DNA of 64,000 nucleotides from Squalus acanthias (lineage: Eukaryota), in NCBI GenBank assembly GCA_030390025.1, contig CM059429.1, forward strand, positions 56,482,001 through 56,546,000. The letters run 5' to 3'. Positions 24,183 through 38,558 of this stretch are shown in pieces; the first letter of the stretch is position 1, and each line of letters opens with the position of its first letter. The position numbers were made by a program, and so were the translations under genes. The notes under the pieces are model-generated. The model saw only the letters and a program-made list of their open reading frames with translations, made no database searches and was not told the DNA's origin.

Positions 24183-26331
24183 TCGCTACAAAAGTGGCTT
24201 TAGGCTAATTTGCAGGGTTGTGGGTGAAAAGCTGGGGTGTGGGACTAAATTGGACAGCTCTTTCAAAGAGCTGGCACAGACACGACAGGCCGAATGGTCC
24301 CCTTCTGTGCTGTAAGATTTGGAGCCTTAGTCAATTAACAGGGTCCATTTCCAAATCTCTATGGGGTTGAAACAAGGCTCTTTGATATTAGTATTCTTTG
24401 TGCTAACTTCCCTATATGCTATTTTAATGGAAAAAAGTTCTCTCATTGAAAATAATTGGGTTAATATCTGCATTAAAATAGCAATGGCAGAGAAAGACAT
24501 TTCATATGAGTACATTGATGCATTTGTTAGTAATATCAGTGTGCAATTTCCCTAAAATTTAACTTCCAGTGTCTTCTGGTAGTCAGTTGATTTTGCTACG
24601 TGGACCAGCTGAAGAAACTTGGCATTGAAAAAAAGCTTCATGTGAAACTCTATAGATGTGTGTATGTGCATACACTGTCTTTTTCAAAAACACTTTTTCA
24701 GTGCAGATTTCTTCAGCTGGTCCCTTGCTGTAGAGGAGTATACAATGACTATGCAAGGGCAGGAGCAGCTGGGTCACAGTGGTTAAGCTAGGTAGGGGGA
24801 AAACAGCTGCAGATAGGGAGAGATGGTATGAGAGGTCAGGGGCAACAGCAGACATTTTTTTCCTCTTCTACAAACAAGGTGGTTTCACAAGCCAGCAGGA
24901 TCATGGACGCCAGGCTTGTATGTAAATTCTGCTGCATCCAATACTAAAGGCAGCTTAAGTGCTTCATGTCTGGAGACACTAGTTTCCATTGATCTGTGAG
25001 ACACATTTCACTGCACCTTGTGAAGTAATCAATGAGAAATTTGCACTTAGATTTTCACTGCACATAAGTAATAATATTATATTAGGACAGTTATTCTGTT
25101 TAATTACACAACAAGTTAATTGGAACACAATTGGTTTTCATTGTAAATAGAATTTGGTACATCTTATTTCATATAAAGCAAGTCACACTAGACACCAGTA
25201 CAGAGAAGAATTGCTCTGGCCACTAGGTGTAGTGACATTGCAAACACATTTTTGAATGCATTTGCAACATTGCTAAACATGACAACGAGAGCAATGTCCT
25301 CTTTGGCTTCAGTTAATTGGCATACAACACTTGTTAAGCTTTTCCTTATTCACATGCACAATTTCAAGCTCCCCATCAAGATATATATTCGACTCCTGGA
25401 AGCCTAGTCTTTTAATTAATAGCAAAGTCATTTTTATTGAAAATGTATAGTCCTACAATCTACAGACACTGTGGATTAGTAAAACATTATAAGGACAGTT
25501 GGAAGTAATGCAGTTAGAAGGTTATTTGTTGTTTAGTAAGATAGATTTTTCAAAACTTGCCCAATTTAAGTTGGTACTTGCCAAAAATGTAGTTCACTGA
25601 ATTTTAAACACTGGATATTAAATCTTAGTAGGAATAAAATATACCTTTGGTGCCTATAAGGGGCTAACGACTGTTTAGGGGGAAAAAAATACAGTTGCAA
25701 AGAATCAGTTGCAGGAGAATAGAGATAAAATATAATGAAGGATTGGAGATGGAGGCATATAAACATTTGCAAGTTGGTGAGTCAATTTGGTCCAAACATG
25801 GCCAAAGCTGGAAACTAGCCAAGGCTAAAAAATAAACAGCAAATCAGAACAGTCTATACCCAAAACATTAACTTATCTTTTCTCTTTTCACATTCTGATG
25901 AATCTGCTGTGTATTTCCAGCACTTTCTGTTTCTATTTCAGACTTGCAGCATTTCACGTTTTTCTTTTTATCTCAACTAGCTAAGGCTAAATGATGGGTG
26001 AAATTTCAAGCTCTGGCTAGGCATTTGCCTCCATTTTCACAACATCTTCTGAAAACTCTTCCCACACTATTATGGGCTGGATTTTCCGGCCGGATGTGGG
26101 ATGGTGGCGGCTTCGGTCTTCAGCGGATTCTGGTCCCGCTCCCTGTTGCAGCCGCCCTCCATTAACGATTTTCCATAGATTGGCCTCATTAGGGCCGACG
26201 TGTGCGCTAGCTGGCCCAATCGGTGGGTGCGGGTTGGCTCCCTGCGCTTGATGATGCGCTAGGAGCCTGGAGCATGTCCCCTTTGCTTTTCACTTTCTTT
26301 CTTCTGTATTTGAATGCTGGTTGCTGCAGGA

Positions 26332-29300
26332 ATGGCCGCACAACGCTCCAAGGCTGCTCCACGTTTCGATGATGACTCCCTCAATGCTCTTGTGGAGGGA
26401 GTAAGAGGACGAAAGGAGGTCCTCTTCCCCGCTGATGGATGGAGGAAGCCTCCTCAGCACACAAAGGTAGCCTGGCTGCAAATTGCTGAGGAGATAAGTG
26501 CTCGGTCTGTGTGTACATGCACCTCGGTGCAGTGCAGAAAAAGGTTCAATGACCTGATGCGATCAGCAAAAGTGAGTATAACATCACACTTACCTTCAGT
26601 CTGCTTCCCCTCTCTTCTCATCCCCATCACTCTGCATTGGCAACCTACTCCTGCACATCCCAGCTGACCCTAACATCCCTTACACCCTCACCCATCTCTC
26701 TCTTTCTATGCACAGAATCACTTCACCATTCTACTATATACCCCTCACACTCGATCTCACTCTTATGCAATGACAACAACTAACAACACACAGGGAAGGA
26801 CCTTGGTAATGGCACCTCACTCCATCTTTGTCTCCTCTAAACATTTATGTTATCCATTCTTAACACTGACTCCATCAATCTCGCTGAAACTCCACTTGTG
26901 TCCCTCATTGCAGGAAAAGAGAGCCCACAATAAGAGGGAGAGAGGCAGGACAGGAGGAGGCGCACCATCCCTGGCGCATATAACTATTGCTGAGGAGGCA
27001 GCTCTGGAGATCGTGGGAGGTGCAGAGGAGCTGGAAGTGGGGGACGGAGTTGATTTGCAAACCTATCATTTTGTTTTCATGAGTGACTGATAGGGCATCT
27101 GATGCTCATAGAAATATAGTTATGATCATCTGCACAATGGGATGTGTCTGTTACCTAAATATCACATGTATAACTCATGCCTTTACTCCCCCACAGGACC
27201 ATTGAGAGCCCCCCTCCCCACTGTCCATGAGGAAGAGCCGGAGGACTCCTCAGAGGAACCTGCAGCCTCTGAGGGAGCAACATCAGCAGAAATGAACGCA
27301 CCCAGCACCAGAGCAGAGACGCACACCTCGGTGGGTCCTTTGCGAGATAGAGTAGTGTTGTCACCTGGTGTATCACAGCTCACAAGTGAGCATGAGCAAA
27401 TGGTGAAGACAGGGACAGCAGTGGAGAGTCCTCGTCAGAGGCCGCAGGGCGCTCCTAGCTCTGCTCAACTGCATGCAGATGCTGTGCGTCTGGGGCCATC
27501 CAGAATGAGAGTGGTGCTGGAGCTTCAGGAACAAGTGCAGGAGGCTCTGACTGGGTTTGCATCCACGGTAACTGCGAGTGTGCAGAGAATGGAGGAGTCC
27601 ATCTGTAGAATTCGCAAAATTATCACGATTTCATAATAATAAGAAGGAGACATAAAGTTTCGTATAAACAGCTTTATTTCAGCAAAATGCTGTCATGTTT
27701 CAAAAAGGACACAAGCAGCCTGTAAAATGGCCGCCACGCCTCGTGGCAGAAAGTTCTAGACTTTCAGTAGGCAGACAAGATGGCGTTTCAATAAACATTG
27801 CAGCGAGATCGGACAGGACTCAGCACATTTGAGATAGTGACAAGACGCGATGGGTTTGCATTTTATACATAAATACTGGAATCGGTCTTCCAGGTACAAA
27901 CGAGGGCTATTGTACTGGGCGATCAAGGACCCATCCAAAGACATTGATGTGCAAAATCCCCACGGCTCTACGATGAGAGAGCCGTTCGCGGGTACTCACA
28001 GCAAGCATTTGGAAGCCCCAAAACCCCTCCAGGGAGACTACTAGCCAGTTCCACAATGGGAGAAATATTAACGGGTACTCAAACAGTTACAAGTGTCACC
28101 GAAACCCATTAACGACAAGTACCACCCCATACAAGAAGTTTGAGCGCCAAAACATGACAAAAGATAGACATTAAGATTGGGCGGGAAAATAGGAATTACA
28201 GCACTATAACTGTAAAGTACAACCGTCCATCTTTCTCTTGCTGCTTTGACTCGCTGGAAGGCTGCTGAACTCTTATTCTCTTGCCTGACGACTCTGGACT
28301 CTGATCCGCCAGGATCAACCTCGTGGCTTGCCGCGAAGATCTGTGGAGAACTGGGCTGTGAAGGCCTGGAAGCGGGCGCACCATCCCGAGAAGTCGGTAA
28401 ACGGTGTTGGAACCGAAGGCCCGAGAGGAGATGAGATGAGATGAGATGAGAAGAGAAGAAGACGACAATACGTATCGCCACGGTCAGTAAACCCCGACCG
28501 CGCCTCTAAATATAAGGACCATTTCTTCGAATTCTATCGGCTACTGCACAACTGGTGTCGGTCCAAAAAGGCTCTTCTTTGAGTTTTGTCAGAGTTCCGA
28601 GGACAACACAGATCTTCATGACAGCAGACGGTCCAGCCTGCTAGCCGGAGCAGAAGCGAGTAAACAAGTGGGGTACAGAGACCCCTGATCAACACGTGGA
28701 TAGTCAGGTGCTGCGGTAAAACCATCCGAGCAGAGTTTCGGAATTCTCCGAGTTATCACGAGTGGTGAGCATGAGTCTCGATCCTACAAATCTAGATTAG
28801 GACAGGTATTGATAGGGGAGGGTTTATGTTTTAAGGATAATTATAATGTGTGTCCCCTTTTACGATGTGTCGTGCGCTCCTCGTTTCCCTAAACCTAGTT
28901 GCATAAATGTATGTAAGTTTGTACTGTCATTAATCTGTGCTTATGACATGTATTTCGTAATCTTGAATAATATGCAATAAAGATTTTCCATTTCGCACTA
29001 TTCAACCGGGTATACCTGAGTTTTCTCTGCATTATTGCTCTCGCACCTAAGTCCAGTGTCAGAACCGTAAGGGCGAGTGGGTCGAAGCACTCACAGGTGT
29101 CTAGTGTTACCAGGCTGGCTGGAGACCAGAACAGGCAACAAGGCCTAACCCCGCACTAGCACCCAGGCTAAGCACAGAGCCACACGTCACCCCTTACACA
29201 TCTCAAACATGAGCAATGCTGTGGTGCACGCAATGGCGAATGTAGGTATCACCATGGAAAGGATGGCAACCTCCATGGAGGACCTAAATCACCAGACTCA

Positions 29301-29811
29301 GGAGAACATGGTAACACTTCTAAATAGATGGTCATCTATGGAGGATAGATGGACATCTATTGAGGAGTAAAACCAGAGGTTCATGGACGTCCTTGTTATG
29401 AGGAATGTCAGCACAGAAATGGGTCCTCATGGCCCCGCTAATGTGCAGCAAGTTGCTCTCCAGCTACTTGCTTGCAGTGAAGTGCGGGCGACCCATGAGA
29501 GGGATGGTGGTGGTCGACAACAAGGAAGTGGGGGCCCCTCTCCAAGTGCTCACACTCCCATGCCATTATGGAGCCCTCGGTCAGAGCCTCAGATGCCTCA
29601 CCCAACTGATATGGTTGTCTCTCTCCCTGCACATATGCAGGAGGAGCAGACTGTTGTGGAGCTCTCCAAGGCTTCCAAACCCAGAGGACACCCGCCAAAG
29701 GCGTCAAAGTAGGTGCAGCAGGGAAGTGAGCATGCTGCCTCTACATCTGCTGAAGCCGCAGGGGAAGCACCACGTAGAAGCACACATAAGAGAAAGCTAA
29801 AGCACAAATAG
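26332..29811 (+). pseudogene. Harbinger Myb/SANT gene (exons 26332-26571, from 26914, from 27197), with stops and an LTR insertion
   Basis: MAAQRSKAAPRFDDDSLNALVEGV..W..IAEEIS..CRKRFNDL|GTGAG; CAG|EKRAHNKRE. Exon 3 reads ESI|SNMS across the LTR. Confidence 0.85.
27604..29198 (+). mobile_element. Solo LTR (1595 bp)
   Basis: TGTA...TACA termini with 4 bp TSD CATC (27600-27603, 29199-29202). Removing it restores the Myb exon. TATA-like at ~28510, AATAAA at 28976, (GAGAT)n at ~28427-28450. Confidence 0.85.
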
Positions 29812-30097
29812 TCACAAGGGTATTCACTTGGGTGATTTAATAGTATACCATTTTACGTTTGTCATGTTTATTTCTAGTGTATTAAAGTTATGCGATGTGA
29901 ATGATTCAATGCGTTGACCTATGTGTGCTCAAAATTGGAAGTGTCACATTGAGGGTTGAGGGCACCTTTCATCTGCAGTGATGTTGGGGAGAGTGATAGG
30001 AATGCATAGTTCATTGTTCAGATGCTGTATTGTATGGAATGGAGGTCCTGCCACCCCTTATGTGCATGTGCCAGCCACATGTATGTACAGCGTAAAG

Positions 30098-33000
30098 TTA
30101 GGCAAATCTGGCATGGATTAGTCCATCCCTTGTCTGACGGCCAGCAGTGAGATCGCGTGCTGGTAGCACTGGGACAGCCGCGTCCGCCAGGTGTTCCTCA
30201 TCTGCAGCATCATTCGCCTCTTCCTCCTCCTCCTCCTCCTCTGAGGAGGCTGTGCGCTGTGCCACTTGTTCCTCAGGCAGCGGTAAGCCATGCTGCAGTG
30301 CAATGTTGTGCAGGGAATAGCAGACCATGATGCTTCTTGACACCCTGGCTGGTGAGTACTGTAGGGCTCCACCAGATCTGTCCAGGCATCGGAAGCGCAT
30401 TTTGAGCAATCCTATGGTGGAAATGTGGCTCTCATTGTAACACTCCTCAGCCTCGTTTGATGGCCTCCTCATCAGTGCCATTAGCTACGTCTTTAGGGGA
30501 TAGCCCTTGTCTCCAAGTAGCCATCAAGTTGGGTTGGCGGATTGAAGAGCTGAGGCACAGTGGACTGCCGCAGGATGTACGAGTCATGGCAGCTGCCAGG
30601 GAACTTGGCGCAAACATGCATAATGTTCTTCCTGTGGTTACACACCAGCTGGACGTTAAAGGAGTGGTAGCCCTTGTGGTTGACAAATACAGCTGGGTTG
30701 TGATGGGGTGCCCTGGTGGCCACATGTGTGCAGTTGATGACGCCCTGCACCCTAGGGAAGCCTGCCATATTGGCAAACCCAACCGCCCACGCCGTTACAC
30801 TTGCTTCATCCGTGGAGAAGTGGATGTAATTGGCCGACTTGCCAAACAGGGCATCGGTAACCTGCGTTATGCATCTGTGTGCGGCCGACTGGGAGATGCC
30901 GCTGGTGTCTGCTGCTGACCCCTGGAAGGACCCTGACGCAAAGAAGTTGAGGGCAGTGGTGACTTTGACAGCCACTTGTAAGCAGTGTCCACCCACTCCA
31001 CTGGGCTCCAGGTATTGGTGCAGCATTGTGCAGATGTCTGCGACCACCTCTCGTGAAAGTCTCAGCCTCCTTTGGCACTGCTGCTCAGTCATGATGAGGA
31101 AGCTCATCCTCTGCCTGTAAACCCTGTGTTGCAGGTAACTCCTGCGGCGCGGCGCGGTGCAGCCCTGTGCTGATGGCCTCTGCCTTGTGCAGCATCAGGT
31201 GGCTGAGGAGAAGGTTGGTGCTCCTGTTGTGGGTGCTGCTGGTGTGCCTGGTTCTGCTGCTGCCGCGGCTGCTCGTCCTCCGAATCTGAGGACCCTGATG
31301 AGAGAATATAAATTTTTTCATTTTTTATTCGTTTATGGGATGTGGGCGTCGCTGGCAAGGCCAGCATTTATTGCCCATCCCTAGTTGCCCTTGAGAAGGT
31401 GGTGGTGAGCCGCCTTCTTGAACTGCTGCAGTCCGTGTGGTGAAGGTACTTCCACAGTGCTGTTAGTTAGGGAGTTCCGGGATTTTGACCCAGCGACGAT
31501 GAAGGATCGGTGATATACTTTTAAGTCAGGATGGTGTGTGACTTGGAGGGGAACTTGGAGGTGATGGTGTTCCCATGTGCCTGCTGCCCTTGCCCTTCTA
31601 GGTGGAAGAGGTCGTGGGTTTGGGAGGTGCTGCCAAAGAAGTCTTGGCGAATTGCTGCAGTGCATCTTGTAGATGGTACACACTGCAGCCATGGTACGCC
31701 GGTGGTGGAGGGAGTGAATGTTTAAGGTGGTTTATGGGGTGTCAATCAAGTGGGCTGCTTTGTCCTGGATGGTGTCGAGCTTCTTGAGTGTTGTTGGAGC
31801 TGCATTCAGCCAGGCAAGTGGCGAGTATTCCATCACACTCCTTACTTGTGCCTTGTAGATGGTGGAAAGGCTTTGGGGAGTCAGGAGGTGAGACACTCGC
31901 CGCAGAATACCTAGCCTCTGACCTGCTCTTATTGACACAGTGTTTAAGTGGCTGGTCCAGTTAAGTTTCTGGTCAATGGTGAACCCCAGGATGTTGATGG
32001 TGGGGGATTCGGCGATGGTAATGCCGTTGAATGTCAAGGGGTGGTGGTTAGACTCTCGCTTGTTGGAGATAGTCATTGCAAGGCACTTCTGTGGCGTGAA
32101 TGTTATCTGCCACTTATCAGCCCAAGCCTGAACGTCGTCCAGGTGTTGTTGCATGCGGGCATGGACTGCTTCATTATCTGAGAAGTTGTGAATAGCGCTG
32201 AACACTGTGCAGTCATTTCAGACCTTATGTTGGAGGGAAGGTCATTGATGAAGCAGTTGAAGATGGTTGGGAATAGGACACTGCCCTGAGGAACTCCTGC
32301 AGCGATGTCCTGGGGCTGCGATGACTGACCTTCAATCACCACAACCATCTTCCTTTGTGCTAGGTATGGCTCCAACCAGTGGAGAGTTTTCCCCCCGATT
32401 CCCATTGACTTCAGTTTCACTAGGGCTCCTTGATGCCACACTTGGTCAAATGCTGCCTTGATGTCTAGGGCAGTCACTTTAACCTCACCTCTGGAATTCA
32501 GCTCCTTTGTCCATGTTTGGACCAAGGCTGTAATGAGGTCGGGAGCCGAGTGGTCTTTGCCAAACTCAAATTGGGCATCAGTGAACAGATTATTGGTGAG
32601 TAAGTGCTGCTTGATAGCACTGTCGATGACACCTTCCATCACTTTGTTGATGATTGAGAGTAGACTGACGGGGCGGTAATTGGCTGGATTGGATTTGTCC
32701 TGCTTTTTGTGGACAGGACATACCTGGGCAGTTTTCCACATTGTCGGATAGATGCCAGTGTTGTAGCTGGACTGGAACAGCTTGGCTAGAGGCGCGGCTA
32801 GTTCTGGAGTACAAGTCTTCAGCATGACAGCCGGGATGTTGTCGGGGTCCATAGCCTTTGCTGAATCCAGTGTGCTCAGCTGTTTCTTGATATCACGTGC
32901 AGTGAATCGAATTGGCTGAAGACTGGCTTCTGTGATGGTACGGACCTCAGGAATAGGCCGATGTGGATCATCCACTCGGCACTTCTGGCTGAAGATGGTT

Positions 33001-33828
33001 GCAAACGCTTCAGCCTTGTCTTTTGCACTCGCGTGCTGGGCTCCACCATCATTGAGGATGGGAATATTCATGGAGCCTCCTCCTCCCATTAGTTGTTTAA
33101 TGGTCCACCACCATTCATGACTGGATGTGGCAGGACTGCAGAGCATTGATCTGATCCGTTGATTGTGGGATCGCTTAGCCCTGTCTATAGCATGCTGCTT
33201 CCGCTTTTTAGCTTGCATGTAGTCCTGTGTTGCAGCTTCCCCAGGTTGGCACCTCTTTTTTAGGTACGCCTGGTGCTGCTCCTGGCATGCTCTTCTACAC
33301 TCCTTATTGAACCAGGGTTGGTCCCCTGGCTTGATGGTAATGGTAGAGTGAGGGATATGCCGGGACATGAGGTTACAGATTGTGGTTGAATACAATTCTG
33401 CTGCTGCTGATGGCCCACAGCGCCTCATGGATGCCCAGTTTTGAGCTGCTAGATCTGTTCTGAATCTATCCCATTTAGCATGGTGGTAGTGCCTCACAAC
33501 ACGATGGAGGGTGTCCTCAGTGTGAAGACATGACTTCGTCTCCACAATGACTGTGCGGTGGTCACTGCTACCAATATTGTCTGAGACTGATGCATCTGTG
33601 ACAGGTAGATTGGTGAAGACGAGGTCAAGTAGGTTTTTCCCTCGTGTTGGTTCTCTCACCACCTGTCCTTCAGAACTCGGCCAGCTTGGTCAGTAGTGGT
33701 GCTACTGAGCCACTCTTGGTGATGGACATTGAAGTCCCCCACCCAGAGTACATTCTGTGCCCTTGCTACTCTCAGTGCTTCTTCCAAGTGGTGTTCAACA
33801 TGGGGGAATACTGATTCATAGTTCCCAT
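30098..33828 (-). pseudogene. Harbinger DDE transposase, frameshifted, split near its start by a LINE
   Basis: [52 protein letters not shown], ..LIHARFA*. The ATG GGA ACT start lies at 33828, beyond the LINE. Confidence 0.88.
31311..33817 (-). mobile_element. 5'-truncated CR1-clade LINE (end of EN + RT)
   Basis: 519 aa ORF 32103..33662 PTRGKNLLDLVFTN..SDH..NYRPVSLLS..ALDIKAAFD..GVPQGSVL. T-rich tail at the left end. Confidence 0.92.
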
Positions 33829-36800
33829 TATGCTGGTGAAAATGTCACTTGAGGATGGAATGTTATAAGCGTTCAGTAAAGTGTAGAGAGGTTATTCCAG
33901 GGAGGTCACAGTGTATATAGATCTCACAACACCTGAACAATGTCTTCAACATCCTGCAATCAGAAAGTTCAGGCTTTTGAAATTCAACTAAAGTGGCAGG
34001 TTAGCTTTAATGCTACTCTTGCAGCTGTGAATTATTCAGCTTGTTGGAACACCCGACTCAATCAGCTGGCGTGTTCCTGGAACGCTGCGGAACACGCTGA
34101 AAATGTTGCAAAATTGAAAACCCCTATCAAAATATCATTAAACAGCTAGTTAACAGTTAACTACCTTAACTGCCTCTCCCGCCGCTTGGTGTCGGGTCTG
34201 ATCAGGAGTCGCAGACTCGACTCCTTGGAAAGTCGCATGGAGGCGGGTTTGTGGCGGATTAGCAACCCGCCATCAATCATCTTGGGTTTAACTCCGGAAC
34301 TGCCCTCTGAGCGCTGGCAAAATCGCGGCCATTGCAAGACTTCACATTCATAACCATGTTATGTAGAAGGTAGTAGAGGTTTTAAAAAACTATTAACTCT
34401 TTTAACATCTCAAATGTTACTGTAAAATAGAGGAAACCTTCCATGTATTTTTTTGAGAGGAAATCAACCCATGCAGAGGAAGGGAAAATTTTATATGGTG
34501 GATTAAAATGTTCAACCTATTGGTTTTCACTGTAGCTTTTCTTCCAGTCTATTTTTTCAGCTGACAAGATGCTGCAGAATATGCAATGCACAGCTGATTG
34601 AGAGGACAGGAGCCCTGAATTAAGATGCTTCTATTTTATGTGAGTGCTGTTGACTGCCAACATGTGGCTCTCCTTAAGGAAAATCACCTGATCTCTGTAC
34701 ACCTCACAGTAGATTTTTGTGGGTCTTGTGTTTTGTCTTTGGATCAATTGTCTGCTGCTGTGGCCTGCCAAACATGCTGTCTCAGCTCAGTACATCGACG
34801 TGCTTACATCCTGATTTAAAATAGTGTTGTGATATGAGCTTGGTGACACATGGGACCAGTTCAGCTTCAAATCAGTGATCTGAACCATCTTTACATATCA
34901 CTGATACAAGATGTGCAGTTTAACTGCATTAGTATAATTAACTGTGGCAACCAAAAAATTTTTTTTTTTCATTTTCATGAATTGCATGATAAAAACACGA
35001 TCGCAATTTTCCAATGGCCCTGGTCATGTGTATCTCCACTGAGAAGGTGGATGATCTAACCTGGGCCTCTTGGGCCAGCTGACTGGAGATGCGCAGTGCC
35101 AGATTGGGATTGATTCTATCTGATTCATCACTGGCCAGCTTCTCTCACTACATCTAGGCATCTTCCTACAGCAACAAAACTGAGTTGGTGATTCAGCAAT
35201 TTACTGTAGGCATGACTGCATGTTCACTACTTCATGATACTATGTCTTGGTGGTCAACAGGCTATATTTCATACCCATTCTTATAAAGTGTTTAGAAATT
35301 AATCATTTATTAATTAGTATAATTTGCTGTGATGAATTAACTAGGGAGCAAGTAGTATATAAAGACCAACTAAATCTAAAAAAGAGTATGGACAGTGTAA
35401 CACACAGTAAATATTATCAATCTTATAATTAAAACGTTCTTAAATGTAGTGGAATATAATATTCTGACATATCATAAATTCACTCCTCCAGGAAGTCCAT
35501 TAACTGTAATGATATGACAGATATCTGACCTTAATCCTTCTTGACTGACATTCATATTTTGGCTTCTCCTACAGCATGATTTTTGTTAATATTGACTGGG
35601 TCATTTGGTGAAGGAAATATTTGTTAAATTAGGTCTCTCCCATAATGCTTAATTACACATTGATAACTCCTATTAAGATTTCTATGGTTTGGTTGTATTA
35701 CACTGCTCACCCAGAAGGAGTTTGGCTCACTAATTTGCTGGAGGTACTGCATGTATGTGTGGTGACCTGACTGGGTTTCGTACTATAGTAGTCAATTTTC
35801 AGTTGCTGTTCTATTCAATGTAACGAGTTAACCTAACTCTGTGTGCATGTGTGTGAAAGAGAGAGAGAGACTCAAGCCAATTGCACGGATCTTTTCAACA
35901 TATTTTGTGCTGAATGTTTATGCTCTTCAAAATAAGAGATGTCAATAAAATAGAAGCGTATTCCACTTTCGGCAACCTATTTCAGCATAAGGCAATCCCA
36001 GGTCAAGTATAGCAATGAGTAAATCCAGAGTAAAGTTCCCTCAACTGTGCCCCAAATATGTGCTTTAACTCTAATCACAGAAAAGCATGCCCTACTGCAT
36101 CAGAAATGATATAATTTAGATTACAATATACATAAATAATAATTAAAATTATTTAATTATATTAATGAGTTTCCTGAATCATTTCAGCATGCATACTGGA
36201 CGCTTATGGGGGATCCAATATGGTGGCTGATGCACTTCTGGTGGGAATGAGCGGCACCTGCCACTCGCCATTGTACTACTAAGTGCTCACTTTACGCCTG
36301 TAAAACGGGAGGAGTGCCAAGATTAGTGGAAGGCCAGAGGATTGGGAAATTTTTAAAAACCAGCAAAGGACGACTAAAAAAGAATAAAGAGAAGATCGAT
36401 CATGAGAGTAAACTAGCAAGAAATATAAAAACAGATAGTAAGAGCTTCTACAGGTATATAAATAGGAAAAGAGTAGCTAAAGTAAACATTGCTCCCTTAG
36501 AGGATGAGACTGGAGAATTAATAATGGGGAACAGGGAAATGGCAGAGACTTTGAACAAATATTTTGTATCAGTCTTCACGGTAGAAGACACTAAAACCAT
36601 CCCAATAATACATAATCAGGAGCTATAGGGAGGGGGGAACTTAAAACAATCACTATCACTAAAGAAAAAGTACTTGGTAAAATAATGGGACTAAAGGTGG
36701 ACAAGTCCCCTGGACCTGATGGCCTGCATCCTAGGGTCTTAAAAGAATTGGCTGCAGAGATAGTGGATGCATTGGTTGTAATCTACCAAAATTCCCTGGA

Positions 36801-38558
36801 TTCTGGAAAGGTCCCAGCGGATTGGAAAACCACATATGTAACGCCCCTATTTAAGAAAGGAGGGAGACAGAAAACAGGAAACTATAGACCAGTTAACCTA
36901 ACATCTGTCATTGGGAAAATGCTGGAGTCCATTATTAAGGAAGCAGTAGCAGGACATTTAGAAAACCATAATACAGTCAAGCAGGGTCAGCATGGTTTTA
37001 TGAAAGGGAAATCATGTTTGACAAATTTGCTGGAGTTCTTTGAGGATGTAACGAGCAGCGTGGATAAAGGGGAACCAGTGGATGTGGTGTATTTGGATTT
37101 CCAGAAGGCATTCGATAAGGTGCCACATAATAGGTTACTGAACAAGATAAGAGCTCACGGGGTTGGGGGTAATATATTAGCATGGATAGAGGATTGGCTA
37201 ACTAACAGAAAACAGAGAGTCGGGATAAATGGGTAATTTTCCGGTTGGCAAACGGTAACTAGTGGGGTGCCACAGGGATCAGTGTTGGGGCCTCAACTAT
37301 TTACAATCTATATTAATGACTTGGATGAAGGGACCGAGTATAATGTAGCCAAATTTGCTGATGATACAAAGATAGGTGGGAAAGCTAGGTGTGAAGAGGA
37401 CACAAAGAATCTGCAAAGGGATATAGACAGGCTAAGTGAGTGGGCAAACATTTGGCAGATGGAGTATAATGTGGGAAAGTGTGAGGTTATCCACTTTGGT
37501 AAGAAAAATAAATAAGCAAATTATTATTTAAATGGAGAGAGATTAGAAAATGCTGCAGTACAGAGGGATCTGGGGGTCCTTGTGCATGAAACACAAAAAG
37601 TTAGCATGCAGGTACAGCAATTAATCAGGAAGGCAAATGGAATGTTGGCCTTTATTGCAAGGGGTATGGAGTATAAAAGCAGGGAAGTCATGCTACAACT
37701 GTACAGGGTATTGGTGAGACCATACCTGGAGTACTGCGTACAGTTTTGGTCTCCTTATTTAAGGAGCGATATACTTGCATTGGAGGCAATTCAGAGAAGG
37801 TTCACGAGGTTGATTCCTGAGATGAAGGGGTTGACTTATGAAGAAAGGTTGAACAGGTTGGGCCTATACTCATTGGAGTTTAGAAGAATGAGAGGTGATC
37901 TTATTGAAACATATAAGATACTGAGGGGGCTCGACAAGGTAGATGCAGAGAAGATGTTTCCCCTCATGGGGGAATCTAAAACTAGGGGGCATAGTTTCAG
38001 AATAAGGGATCGCCCATTTAAAACTGAGCTGAGGAGGAATTTCTTCTCTCAGAGGGTCATAAATCTATGGAATTCTCTGCCCCAGAGAGCTGTGGAGGCT
38101 GGGTCATTGAATATATTTAAGGTGATGATGCGGAGATGCCGGTGTTGGACTGGGGTGGACAAAAGTGAGAAGTCGCACAGCACCAGGTTATAGTCCAAGG
38201 GGGAAAAATTAGGTCGCGCCCCGTTTGGGGCGCAAATATCGTCTGGACGCAAATATTAGCGCCTGGCGCTAATTATCGCCACTGACTGGAAACTTCACTT
38301 TTACCGCCCCGGGAGGTGAGTGGAGCGCTAAATCAGGCGCTGCACACCTGTCTTAAGGCGCAAAGGCCGAGCAGTGAGGCGCTAACTCAGCGCGCGAGCG
38401 CAGCGCAGGTGCTGCCAGTTAGCGAGGGAACACAGACACACTGGCGCCGGCCAGTTCTTAAAGCGGCGGGGGGCCAACTTGCTCCCCAGCCACACCCTGC
38501 TCATTGCAGCCTTGAATCTCGGCCTGGAGAGACCTGTGAATCCATTTTGCTGCCAAGG

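Larger units (their letters stand above)
26074..34330. mobile_element. Full-length but decayed Harbinger (family A, copy 2, opposite orientation), interrupted by a solo LTR and a LINE
   Basis: Ends GGGCTGGATTTT ... AAAATCGCGGCC. Convergent Myb (+) and transposase (-) genes. Confidence 0.8.

Noticed and set aside
25845-25965. Additional hammerhead (CTGATGA at ~25895)
   Set aside because: Looks like a heavily decayed Penelope-type repeat. No stem II or GAAA follows the CTGATGA.
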